Part shown: positions 41,390 through 50,870 of the stretch, in pieces | Layout of the letters: each line of letters opens with the position of its first letter | How positions within the stretch are numbered: the stretch's first letter is position 1 | Source: an uncultured bacterium | GTDB taxonomy: Bacteria > Fidelibacterota > Marinisomatia > Marinisomatales > AB-629-J13 | Length of the DNA stretch: 51,957 bases | Direction: 5' to 3' | Assembly (NCBI GenBank): GCA_964496365.1 | Contig: CAZBZK010000005.1 | Span: 1 to 51,957 of the forward strand | Translations under genes and position numbers: made by a program | Notes under the pieces: generated by a model | Database searches by the model: none | The model's input: only the letters and a program-made list of their open reading frames with translations | Told to the model about the DNA's origin: nothing

Positions 41390-43051
41390 TTAAAATACTG
41401 ATCCTTCCTGCCATTCACCAAAAATGGGTTTCATAGCCTTGACCATTTCCCCTAATGTAGCCATTGATTTTGCTGCCTTAATCAAAGGTGGCATGAGATT
41501 ATCTCCATGTTTACAAGCTCGAGTAATTTCAGAAATTGATTTTTGAAATGTCTCAGAATCACGATCCTGTTGTATTTTTTTCAATCGATGGGTTTGTCGT
41601 TTTTGTGCATCACCACTGATGGTTAGAATGGGAATATCTATTGTTTCATCTTCATTAATAAACGCATTGACTCCCACCACAACCCGATCATTTGAATCTA
41701 CTTTTCGTTGATAATCCGATGCAGATTTTGCGATTTCTCTTTGAAAATATCCATCTTCAATTGCGGGAATCACTCCTCCCATTTCTTCAATTTTAGAGAA
41801 ATATTTTTCTGCTTTCTCTTCCATTTTATTTGTGAGATCTTCTATATACCAAGACCCTCCCAACGGGTCAACTACATTAGAAAGTCCAGTCTCAAATGCG
41901 ATTAATTGTTGGGTACGTAATGCAATTTGTGCCGCTTTTTCTGTAGGTAATGCAAGTGTTTCATCCATAGAATTCGTATGCAAAGATTGGGTTCCTCCCA
42001 AAACTGCAGCCATTGCCTGAAACCCGGTTCTGGCGATATTTATTTCCGGTTGCTGAGCTGTGAGAGTACACCCAGCGGTTTGAGTGTGAAACCTTAGCTT
42101 CAACGATTTCGGGTTTTGAGCATGATATTTATGTTTCATTTTTCGTGCCCAAATCCTACGAGCGGCTCTATATTTCGCAATTTCCTCAAAAAAATCTAAA
42201 TGAGAATTAAAAAAGAAAGACAGTCTGGGTGCAAACTCATCTACGTTCATCCCGGCTTTAACAGCGAAATCAACATAAGTAAATCCGTCAGCCAAAGTAA
42301 AGGCTAATTCTTGGACCGCGGTTGAGCCCGCTTCACGAATATGGTAACCGCTGATGGAGATAGTATTGTAATACGGCATTTTGTCTGTACAAAATTGAAT
42401 CATATCCGTAATTATTCTCATGGACGGTTCTGGTGGGAAAATCCATTCTTTTTGAGCAATGAATTCTTTCAAAATATCATTTTGGAGTGTCCCTTTCAAT
42501 TGATTTAGAGGAACCCCTTGATTTTCTGCTGCGGCAATGTAAAACGCCAACAATATAACCGCAGGACCATTTATGGTTTGAGACACAGAAAATTTTCCTA
42601 AATCAATGTTTTTAAATAACTGTTCCATATCCTGCAAGGATGCAACATTCACACCACATTTTCCTACCTCCCCTTCAGCCATGGGATCGTCGGGGTCGTA
42701 TCCCATTAAGGTTGGCATATCATAAGCAACAGATAGTCCGGTTTGCCCTTTTGATAATAATAAATGGTATCTTTTATTTGTTTCTTCCGGTGTTCCAAAA
42801 CCAGAGAATTGTCTCATGGTCCATAACTTTCCCCGATAAAGATTAGGGTGGACACCTCTGGTAAATGGATATTGCCCCGGAAAGCCAATGTTTTCCAAAT
42901 ACCCATTTTCATCCGAGTCAGGATAATATAGACTTTTGACTTTTTCTCCGCTCACGGTGTCAAAATTGTAAGCACGTTTCTTTGAAGATTGGGTGTCTTT
43001 TTCCCATTTTTCTTTTGCGTTTTGAAATAAATTTAGTTGTTCTTTCATCAT
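41390..43051 (-). CDS. icmA: Adenosylcobalamin-dependent acyl-CoA mutase, large (substrate-binding) subunit; isobutyryl-CoA mutase-like
   Basis: PGQYPFTRG, WTMRQFSGFG, QNDILKEFIAQKEW, ISISGYHIREAG, FHTQTAG; no C-terminal DxHxxG B12-binding domain. Confidence 0.8.
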   Translation of the reverse strand: MMKEQLNLFQNAKEKWEKDTQSSKKRAYNFDTVSGEKVKSLYYPDSDENGYLENIGFPGQYPFTRGVHPNLYRGKLWTMRQFSGFGTPEETNKRYHLLLSKGQTGLSVAYDMPTLMGYDPDDPMAEGEVGKCGVNVASLQDMEQLFKNIDLGKFSVSQTINGPAVILLAFYIAAAENQGVPLNQLKGTLQNDILKEFIAQKEWIFPPEPSMRIITDMIQFCTDKMPYYNTISISGYHIREAGSTAVQELAFTLADGFTYVDFAVKAGMNVDEFAPRLSFFFNSHLDFFEEIAKYRAARRIWARKMKHKYHAQNPKSLKLRFHTQTAGCTLTAQQPEINIARTGFQAMAAVLGGTQSLHTNSMDETLALPTEKAAQIALRTQQLIAFETGLSNVVDPLGGSWYIEDLTNKMEEKAEKYFSKIEEMGGVIPAIEDGYFQREIAKSASDYQRKVDSNDRVVVGVNAFINEDETIDIPILTISGDAQKRQTHRLKKIQQDRDSETFQKSISEITRACKHGDNLMPPLIKAAKSMATLGEMVKAMKPIFGEWQEGSVF

Positions 43052-43261
43052 TCAGTTTACATAAAACCGTAAATGTAACCCTTCAGGTAATCTTTCTTTC
43101 AATCTCCGAGTTATTAAACCAATATATCTCGTGCCAATGATTAACACAAAGATTATATTCCATATGGACTCCATTTTAACAAATAATACTGATGTGATCA
43201 AGTTAATCGCTCACGAAGTCTAAATCATAATTAAAATTCATTGATGTTAACATTGCGACAT

Positions 43262-45187
43262 TCAATTTACAGAGGCAGAAATAGTTTCAAACATGTTTTT
43301 TATTGTATTAAAAATACCTTCCTCGGCCAATCCTAATTCCTCTAATAATAATTCCCTGGGTCCGTGATCAACAAATGAATCAGGAAGAGAAATAGTTTGA
43401 ATTTTATAATTTTTTTGTTGTTTCGCAAGAAATCCTGAAATACCTTCTCCAAATCCTCCTGTTTGCACCCCTTCTTCCACAGTCAAAAAGTAATCAAATC
43501 TTTCCGAAAGATTCTTTAAACATTTCAAATCCATTGGTTTGATAAAACGACAATTCACAACTTCACACGAAATTCCGACTTTTTCTAACAGTCTTGCTGA
43601 ATTCAATGCGGGATAAACCATGGATCCCACTGCCAAAATAGCAATATCTTTTCCCGATTTTATGGTCTCCCAACTTCCAATGGGTAATAATTCTGCTTGA
43701 CCATTTTCATCAAAACAAACCGCCGAGGATTTTGGATAACGAATCGAAAATGGGTATCGGTTTTGCTCTAAGCCTGTATAAAGTAAATGTCTAAATTCAT
43801 TTCCATCTTTTGGGGCAGTAACAATTATATCCTGAACACATCTCAAATAAGCTATGTCTAAAACGCCATGATGTGTGGGCCCATCTTCTCCAACAATTCC
43901 AGCCCGATCCATACAGAAAATTACAGGTAGATGTTGAATCGCTACATCGTGGATGATGTGATCATAAGCTCGTTGGAGGAACGTGGAATAAATACCCACA
44001 ATTGGACGAATTTTTCCAGTAGCCAAACCTGCTGCAAATGTAACTGCATGGCCTTCTGCAATTCCAACATCAAAAAATCGTTCAGGAAATTCCTGTGCAA
44101 AATTTACTAACCCGGTTCCCTCTTTCATGGCAGCGGTTATGCACACAGTATCTTTTCGGTTTCGTGCAATTTCGCACGTCAATTTCCCAAAAACATCTTG
44201 AAAAATTGGAACTGAGTTTTTTTTCACTTTGTATTGTGGCTTGTCTTGTTTTTTACCATTCGGTTTGACCGCATGGTATTTAACAGCATCATCATGGTAT
44301 TCACGGTTTTTTACGTTCATGGATACCATACCTTTCCCCTTTTTTGTCAATACGTGTAGTAGTGCTGGAGTTTTCAGGTTTCTTATATTTTTTAGAGTGT
44401 GAACCAACTCTTTTAAATTATGGCCATCAATGGGTCCAAAATAACGGAATCCCAATTCTTCGAATAAAATTCCCGGGACAAGCATATTTTTCAAACTTTC
44501 TTCTGATTTTCGAATAAATTTTCGAGTGATATCTTTCCCGAGGGGGAGGGATCCGGTTAAATTCCAAATCTCATCTCTAATTCGATTGTATAAAGGATTC
44601 GTTACCAATCGATTCAAATATGAATTCATGGCACCAACATTTGGTGAAATGGACATCTCATTATCATTCAGAATTACCAAAAACTGTTTTCTCCGTAGTC
44701 CTGCATTATTCAATCCTTCAAAGGAAAGACCACCGGTTAATGCTCCGTCTCCGATCACTGAAACAACTTTAAACTTATATTTATTTTGATCTCTGCAAAC
44801 TGCAATTCCTAACGCAGCGGATATGGACGTTGAAGCATGCCCTGCACCGAATACATCGTATTCACTTTCTGACCGCTTTAAAAACCCACTAAGCCCTCGG
44901 TGTTGTCTTATTGTATTTAATTGATTGTATCTACCGGTAAGCACTTTATGACCATAAGCTTGATGTCCAACATCCCAGATGATTTTATCTTCGGGAGTGT
45001 CAAAAATATAATGTAAGGCAGTCGTAAGTTCGATCACACCTAATGTAGGTGCCAAATGACCTCCGATTTTTGTAATAGTGTTGATGATATATTCTCGTAA
45101 TTCATCATTAACTTTTTGTAATTCATTCAACGACAAAGTTTTTAAATCCTGAGGGGACCGAATACGACTTAACAAATCAGGAGGCAT
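43262..45187 (-). CDS. dxs: 1-deoxy-D-xylulose-5-phosphate synthase
   Basis: GGHLAPTLG, WDVGHQAYGHK, GDGALTGG..LNDN TPP motif, YSTFLQRAYD, DRAG..GEDGPTH. Confidence 0.98.
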   Translation of the reverse strand: MPPDLLSRIRSPQDLKTLSLNELQKVNDELREYIINTITKIGGHLAPTLGVIELTTALHYIFDTPEDKIIWDVGHQAYGHKVLTGRYNQLNTIRQHRGLSGFLKRSESEYDVFGAGHASTSISAALGIAVCRDQNKYKFKVVSVIGDGALTGGLSFEGLNNAGLRRKQFLVILNDNEMSISPNVGAMNSYLNRLVTNPLYNRIRDEIWNLTGSLPLGKDITRKFIRKSEESLKNMLVPGILFEELGFRYFGPIDGHNLKELVHTLKNIRNLKTPALLHVLTKKGKGMVSMNVKNREYHDDAVKYHAVKPNGKKQDKPQYKVKKNSVPIFQDVFGKLTCEIARNRKDTVCITAAMKEGTGLVNFAQEFPERFFDVGIAEGHAVTFAAGLATGKIRPIVGIYSTFLQRAYDHIIHDVAIQHLPVIFCMDRAGIVGEDGPTHHGVLDIAYLRCVQDIIVTAPKDGNEFRHLLYTGLEQNRYPFSIRYPKSSAVCFDENGQAELLPIGSWETIKSGKDIAILAVGSMVYPALNSARLLEKVGISCEVVNCRFIKPMDLKCLKNLSERFDYFLTVEEGVQTGGFGEGISGFLAKQQKNYKIQTISLPDSFVDHGPRELLLEELGLAEEGIFNTIKNMFETISASVN

Positions 45188-45779
45188 GAGTTACAGCTTG
45201 TTGGGACGAAGACGAAAATGTGGACATTCTGGAAAATGCTAACTTATGAAAAAACGGTTCGTCATTGAGTTCGGGATGAAACGTGAGACCAAGATGGATT
45301 CCATTCCGTATGGCAACCGGTTCTTTTTTGAATGTTGCAATCACTTCTACTTTTGGTCCTAAATAAGTAATTTTTGGTGCTCGAATAAAAGTTCCATATA
45401 TCGTTCTATTCAACGCAGCCAATTCTATCTGATGGGTGAAGGAATGGATTTGCCTTCCAAATGCATTTCGTTTTACTTCAATGTCCAATATTCCTAAAGA
45501 TTTTATACGATGATCACCACATGATTGACTCATCAATATTAAACCAGCACAGGTCCCCATTATAGGATGGGTTTTTGAAAATTCTTTCAAAGAATAAAAT
45601 AGATTTTTTCTCTCCAATAATTTGGTCATGGTTGTGGACTCTCCACCGGGTATTATCAATCCATCAATTGATGATAAATCACTTTCATACCGAACTCTAG
45701 TACTATGTAAACCCAGATTAGATAACACCTGTTCATGTTTTAAAAAATCCCCTTGTAACGCTAAGACTCCTATTTTCAT
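45177..45779 (-). CDS. pdxT: PLP synthase glutaminase subunit
   Basis: GVLALQGDF, PGGESTT, GTCAGLI, RNAFGRQ, FHPEL. Confidence 0.96.
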   Translation of the reverse strand: MKIGVLALQGDFLKHEQVLSNLGLHSTRVRYESDLSSIDGLIIPGGESTTMTKLLERKNLFYSLKEFSKTHPIMGTCAGLILMSQSCGDHRIKSLGILDIEVKRNAFGRQIHSFTHQIELAALNRTIYGTFIRAPKITYLGPKVEVIATFKKEPVAIRNGIHLGLTFHPELNDEPFFHKLAFSRMSTFSSSSQQAVTHAS

Positions 45780-45814
45780 GGATGGTATTTAAACACTTTT
45801 TTCAAAAACAGAAG

Positions 45815-46696
45815 TTACCAGCCTCTGTTTTGAAGACGTTCTGCTTCTGGAATTTCAGACATTTCAATACCTTTCATCGCATCTTTCAAATCGGATGACG
45901 TTTCGACCAATTTTTGCGGGTCATCATAATAGGTTACCGATTCAACAATTGCTTTTGCTCGAGATTCCGGATCAGAACTCATAAATATTCCAGAACCAAC
46001 AAAAACGGATTCAGCACCTAACTGCATCATCAGTGAAGCATCGGCTGGAGTTGCTATTCCACCAGCGGCAAAATTTGGCACGGGAAGCTTTTTCAATTTT
46101 GCTACTTGTTGAACCAAACTAAACGGTGCACCCATGGATTTAGAAACAGCCATGAGCTCTTCTGAATTTAAAATGGTTAATTCTTTGATTTGGGATTGTA
46201 CTTTCCGCATGTGTCGAACCGCTTCTACAATATTTCCACTTCCCGCTTCTCCCTTAGTCCGAATCATGGCAGCACCTTCTCCAATCCGCCGAAGTGCTTC
46301 ACCCAAATCTCTAGCTCCACAAACGAAAGGGGCTTTAAAATCATGTTTCCAAATGTGATTCGCTTCATCGGCTGGAGTTAACACTTCACTTTCATCAATG
46401 AAATCTACTTCCAAGGCTTCTAACATCTGTGCTTCAGCGAAATGTCCAATTCTGCATTTCGCCATCACGGGAATAGATACTTTATTTTGAATGTCCTTTA
46501 TCATTTTGGGATTGCTCATTCGGGCGATGCCACCATCTTTTCGAATCAATGCAGGGATTCGCTCCAGTGCCATCACAGCAACAGCACCTGCTTCCTCTGC
46601 AATTACAGCCTGTTCTGCGGACATGACATCCATGATGACCCCTCCCTTTAACATTTCGGATAAGCCCACTTTTATATCAAATTTTCTTTTAGCCAT
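45815..46696 (-). CDS. pdxS: PLP synthase lyase subunit
   Basis: [49 protein letters not shown] terminus. Confidence 0.98.
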   Translation of the reverse strand: MAKRKFDIKVGLSEMLKGGVIMDVMSAEQAVIAEEAGAVAVMALERIPALIRKDGGIARMSNPKMIKDIQNKVSIPVMAKCRIGHFAEAQMLEALEVDFIDESEVLTPADEANHIWKHDFKAPFVCGARDLGEALRRIGEGAAMIRTKGEAGSGNIVEAVRHMRKVQSQIKELTILNSEELMAVSKSMGAPFSLVQQVAKLKKLPVPNFAAGGIATPADASLMMQLGAESVFVGSGIFMSSDPESRAKAIVESVTYYDDPQKLVETSSDLKDAMKGIEMSEIPEAERLQNRGW

Positions 46697-47552
46697 AGGT
46701 CAACTCCTTCTCTTTTACTTGACTAATATTTTTTACATATTCAACGACTTCTTCGATCAAATTATCTGGAGTAGATGCACCAGCAGAAATCCCAACACTT
46801 TGTGCATCTTGAAACCAAAAAGAATCTATATCCTTAGCACAGGTAATTTGATAGGAATGAGAATTTCTTTCTTTTGACAATAGTGCAAGACGTTTCGAAT
46901 TTGCACTGGTAAATGAACCAATAATTAACATCACATCACAAATTGAAGCCAGTTCCTTAATTTGATTTTGGTTTCGTTTAGTTGGAAAACAAATAGTATT
47001 TACAAATCGAAGGTCGAATACGATTGTCATAAGAATAATAATTATTTCTTGCACATTTTCAATTGTTTGAGTGGATTGACATACTACTCCAGCCTTCTTC
47101 ATTTTTCTAAGTGACTGAGCCTCTTTTGGATTTTGAATTATGATTGGATCTTTAACTTGACTTGCAATTCCAACCACTTCATCATGACCATGATCTCCTA
47201 TAATAATGATTCTTCTACCCTCATTTTCTAATTTAATAACTTCATTATGAATTTCCCGTACCAAAGGACAGGTTGCATCAATAATGTTTATTTTTTTATC
47301 CTGTGCTGTTTCCCAAGTTTTTGTTGCTGTACCATGGGCACGGAATAATACCGGCTTATTGTTAGGAACTTCATCAAGAGAGTTCACAACTTTTGTTCCA
47401 GCCTTATTTAAATTTTTCACAACATTTTCATTATGGACTATATCACCTAACATATACACTTCACCGTGTTCCTCTGCTGTTTTGTAAGCAAGATTTACCG
47501 CATCACGAACACCAAAACAATATCCAGCATCTTTAGCTACAAAAACTTTCAT
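46689..47552 (-). CDS. ispH: 4-hydroxy-3-methylbut-2-enyl diphosphate reductase
   Basis: [39 protein letters not shown] with three Fe-S cysteines. Confidence 0.96.
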   Translation of the reverse strand: MKVFVAKDAGYCFGVRDAVNLAYKTAEEHGEVYMLGDIVHNENVVKNLNKAGTKVVNSLDEVPNNKPVLFRAHGTATKTWETAQDKKINIIDATCPLVREIHNEVIKLENEGRRIIIIGDHGHDEVVGIASQVKDPIIIQNPKEAQSLRKMKKAGVVCQSTQTIENVQEIIIILMTIVFDLRFVNTICFPTKRNQNQIKELASICDVMLIIGSFTSANSKRLALLSKERNSHSYQITCAKDIDSFWFQDAQSVGISAGASTPDNLIEEVVEYVKNISQVKEKELTYG

Positions 47553-48553
47553 TTAAAGCTGTCCTTTTGAACACTTAAAGAATTTCTAACTACATCTAAA
47601 ATATGAGGAGTTACCTCATCAGCAGATTTACCAATCTGAGCTCCTGCAGCAAATATGTGTCCTCCTCCACCAAGTGATTGTGCCATTTTATTCACAATGT
47701 ATTTACCTTTAGATCTAAAATTAATTCTACAATGATTTGGACCCGATTCCATAATCATTAACGCCACTTCTACTCCATTGATGGTGCGCACAAAATCTGA
47801 AAATCCTTCCACGTCTTCTGGTTTTGCCTCACAGTTTTCCATTTTATCTTTGCTCACAACGAACCATGCTAAATCCCCATCAAATTCATAATGAATGTCA
47901 CTTAAAATGGTTCCTAATAATTTGATTCTACTCTTAGTACTTGACTCATAAATCTGTTGATAAATGAAACTTGTATCCACTCCGGCTATAAAACATTGTA
48001 TGGCGATTTCATGACTATGAATATTTGTATTGCTATATCTGAATGATCCAGTATCCGTCATCACAGCTGTGTACAAACCTTCACAAATTTGTTTTGACAG
48101 AGGATGAGAAAAACATTGGTCTAAAATATCAAAAATAATTTCACCTGTAGCGGCAGCCTGTGTATCCACAAGATTATAAGTAAATATTGAATCATCTAAT
48201 AAGGGATGGTGATCAATATTTAATGTGGTTATGTTATATTTTTTTACTGCTTTTCCCAACTCCTTCAATCGCCTTGAATCACCTACATCGAAGACGATAA
48301 TAAGATCCACATCTTTGAGCCAATCATCCATATTTTCCGGTGAATATGTTTGAAACATTGAATCTCTTTCCAAAAAACCATATTCTCTTGGCATGGCTGA
48401 CGGCAAGATAATCTTGCAATCTTTTTTTAAATCTTGATAAAAATGATACATCGCAGCTGCACACCCCAATCCATCGCCATCAGGATTTTCATGGGTTGTC
48501 AATACCACCCGTTTCGTGGATTCTATAACAGATTTATATGAATTCAAATTCAT
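47549..48553 (-). CDS. DHH/DHHA1 phosphoesterase (NrnA / Pde2-like)
   Basis: HENPDGD, NIDHH, TDTGSF, FRSK, GGGGH..AAG. Confidence 0.92.
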   Translation of the reverse strand: MNLNSYKSVIESTKRVVLTTHENPDGDGLGCAAAMYHFYQDLKKDCKIILPSAMPREYGFLERDSMFQTYSPENMDDWLKDVDLIIVFDVGDSRRLKELGKAVKKYNITTLNIDHHPLLDDSIFTYNLVDTQAAATGEIIFDILDQCFSHPLSKQICEGLYTAVMTDTGSFRYSNTNIHSHEIAIQCFIAGVDTSFIYQQIYESSTKSRIKLLGTILSDIHYEFDGDLAWFVVSKDKMENCEAKPEDVEGFSDFVRTINGVEVALMIMESGPNHCRINFRSKGKYIVNKMAQSLGGGGHIFAAGAQIGKSADEVTPHILDVVRNSLSVQKDSFK

Positions 48554-48646
48554 TGATTAAGTTTAGAAAAAAGAGAATCAATTTAGGATATATCTTTGGA
48601 ATAAATCACACTTATCAAGATTAATTTTTTAGAATAAAATAGGCTT

Positions 48647-49192
48647 TCATCCTGTTCGATCCCAAGTGGACTCAGTACCTCCTTTTTTTAAGCTTATTTG
48701 TCTTGCTAAGACAAATAAATAATCCGACAATCGATTTAGATACTTAGTCCAAAAAGCATGATTATTTTTTTTATCTTGGAGAGAAACGATTGATCGTTCA
48801 ACTCTTCTACAAACTGAACGAGCAAAGTGAATCTTTGCAGAAAATTTATCTATGCCCGGAAAAATAAATTCTTTCAGAGGAGGTAATTTTTTATTTATGG
48901 TTTCGATTTCGGATTCTAAAAACCCAATTCTTTCTGAGTCCAATAATTCACGATTACTATCACCCAAAGACACTTCACCACCTAAATTAAAAAGATCATT
49001 TTGAATCGATTCAATTTTTGTCTGTAATGCTTTTGCTGGACAACTCACTTTTACCAACCCTAATACGGATGATAATTCATCCAGTTCCCCCAATACTTGA
49101 ATCTCAAGACTGGATTTTGAAACCACTTCATTTGTTCCAATGCGGGTTTTTCCCTTATCACCAATTTTGGTCGTTACTTTGGTAATTCTCAT
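48647..49192 (-). CDS. PduO-type cob(I)alamin adenosyltransferase
   Basis: TTKIGDKGKT, GELDELSS, QNDLFNLG, ARSVCRRVER, YLNRLSDYLFVLAR. Confidence 0.93.
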   Translation of the reverse strand: MRITKVTTKIGDKGKTRIGTNEVVSKSSLEIQVLGELDELSSVLGLVKVSCPAKALQTKIESIQNDLFNLGGEVSLGDSNRELLDSERIGFLESEIETINKKLPPLKEFIFPGIDKFSAKIHFARSVCRRVERSIVSLQDKKNNHAFWTKYLNRLSDYLFVLARQISLKKGGTESTWDRTG

Positions 49193-50607
49193 TAGAAAAA
49201 TATGAAAGAAACCAGAACAAATAATGGAATGAGGATTGGAATTGAATATTTTGTCATAAACCCAAAAAAAGATGGCATTTCAATTCCACTTTGTTCTGAA
49301 ATTGATTTGACCATAAAGTTGGGTGCATTCCCAATATAAGTATTGGCTCCCATGAATACTGCTCCTGCGGAAATGGCTAATAAGGTAGTATATAATTCCC
49401 CCATCAATACTTGAGGATTTCCTCCAGCTGTGTTGAAAAAAACGACGTAGGTTGGGGCATTATCTAGAAAACTTGATAATATACCACATGCCCAAAAATA
49501 CATAATATTTATAGGACCATTTGGACCCGAAACCGAATTAATCACGCCAGAAAGAGCCCCAGAGGTTCCGGCTTTTAAAATGGCTATTGCAGGCAAAATA
49601 GTAATAAATATTCCCGCAAATAATTTTGCAACTTCCCGGATTGGAAACCAAGTGAATTCATTTGCTTTTCTAACAGACAAGGGTGTTATCTTCCAGCTTA
49701 AAGCCGTTAAACCAATCAAAAGAATATCTCTTAATAAATTTTGAACTTCAAGATGTACATGATAAATAGTAATATGAATTCCCGGTTTCCAAAATCCACT
49801 TATCATTACTGAAAAAATCACGCCTATAATCAGAAATAGATTGAATCCTCCCTCTACTCCTAATGATATATTGCCCTTTTGCTTGGGGATTTCTTTTTCT
49901 CTATTGTAATAATAAGTATCTAAAGCATAAAAAATGATTAATAATGAAATGACCATAAATACCATTGGTAGGAACATAGCACTGGTTACCCAAAAAAAAT
50001 CTATTCCATGCAGGAATCCTAAAAATAATGGTGGATCACCTAACGGGGACAACGACCCTCCAATATTTGCAACAAGAAAAATAAAAAAAACAATAACGTG
50101 AACTTTTTGCTTCCTCCATGCATTTGCCCGAATGATGGGTCGAATTAAAAGCATAGCGGCACCGGTGGTTCCCATCCAACTTGCTATAGCGGTGCCAAAC
50201 ACTAAAATCATTACATTAACTATGGGAGAGCCTACCAAATGCCCCGTAAGTCTAATACCTCCAGATATGGTGAATAAGGCTAGTAATAAAATGATAAAAG
50301 GCACATATTCAATTAACATGATATGGATGAATTCATATAGAGTCAATTGAACTCCTATTTGATCAGAAATTATCATTGGAACCAGTAAGGATGTTGCCCA
50401 AAAAAAAGAAACCTTTCCAAAATGTTTATGCCAAAATTTGGGGTTAATCAATGGGAACAAAGCGATGGACATTAATATTCCAATAAAAGGGACTATCCAC
50501 CAAATAGACAACATCGTTCCGTCTAAAAAAAACTCATGATTTGCAGATCCAAACATTATTTCAGGAATGATTAAAAAAAGGATGAGCAAGATTTTTTTCA
50601 TTAACAT
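49192..50607 (-). CDS. Ion transporter (IT) superfamily protein, putative Na+/H+ antiporter or carboxylate transporter
   Basis: About 12 TM helices; GTTGAAMLLIRP, NIGGSLSPLGDPPLFLGF, LSSFLDNAPTY, GANTYIGNAPNFMVK. Confidence 0.8.
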   Translation of the reverse strand: MLMKKILLILFLIIPEIMFGSANHEFFLDGTMLSIWWIVPFIGILMSIALFPLINPKFWHKHFGKVSFFWATSLLVPMIISDQIGVQLTLYEFIHIMLIEYVPFIILLLALFTISGGIRLTGHLVGSPIVNVMILVFGTAIASWMGTTGAAMLLIRPIIRANAWRKQKVHVIVFFIFLVANIGGSLSPLGDPPLFLGFLHGIDFFWVTSAMFLPMVFMVISLLIIFYALDTYYYNREKEIPKQKGNISLGVEGGFNLFLIIGVIFSVMISGFWKPGIHITIYHVHLEVQNLLRDILLIGLTALSWKITPLSVRKANEFTWFPIREVAKLFAGIFITILPAIAILKAGTSGALSGVINSVSGPNGPINIMYFWACGILSSFLDNAPTYVVFFNTAGGNPQVLMGELYTTLLAISAGAVFMGANTYIGNAPNFMVKSISEQSGIEMPSFFGFMTKYSIPILIPLFVLVSFIFF

Positions 50608-50708
50608 ATCTATATTTGGTTTATTTTTTGTAAAAATAGTCAGGGAACATTTCTCATAGCTTAATTTATTTTTATTGAAAAAGTACTCAAATTATATTAA
50701 TTTGAGCG

Positions 50709-50870
50709 ATGGAGATTTTTTTAGCAATTGGCATTTTAGGAATGTCCATTTTGGGACTTTCTATCGGTATCATTTTTAAAGGTCAACCTTTGAGCGGATC
50801 CTGTGGAGGATCCCCGAATTCATGTGAAGTATGCAAAGGTGATCTAAAAAAATGTACTTCCAATTCTTAA
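50709..50870 (+). CDS. nqrM: Na+-NQR maturation factor NqrM (DUF539)-like
   Basis: Not in the ORF track. 53 aa MEIFLAIGILGMSILGLSIGIIFKGQPLSGSCGGSPNSCEVCKGDLKKCTSNS: one TM helix, GSCGG motif and a Cys-rich tail, next to apbE and nqrF. Confidence 0.8.
   Translation: MEIFLAIGILGMSILGLSIGIIFKGQPLSGSCGGSPNSCEVCKGDLKKCTSNS

Noticed and set aside
21849..43253. TGTTAACA palindromes upstream of prfB (21849-21856) and near 43244-43253 as a shared operator
   Set aside because: Short and AT-rich, and the same word occurs inside tilS; chance occurrence is likely.
43052..43261. Cobalamin riboswitch or sigma-54 promoter upstream of the mutase
   Set aside because: No B12-box or stable stems are visible; TGGCACG (43137-43131) has no -12 TTGC at the right spacing.
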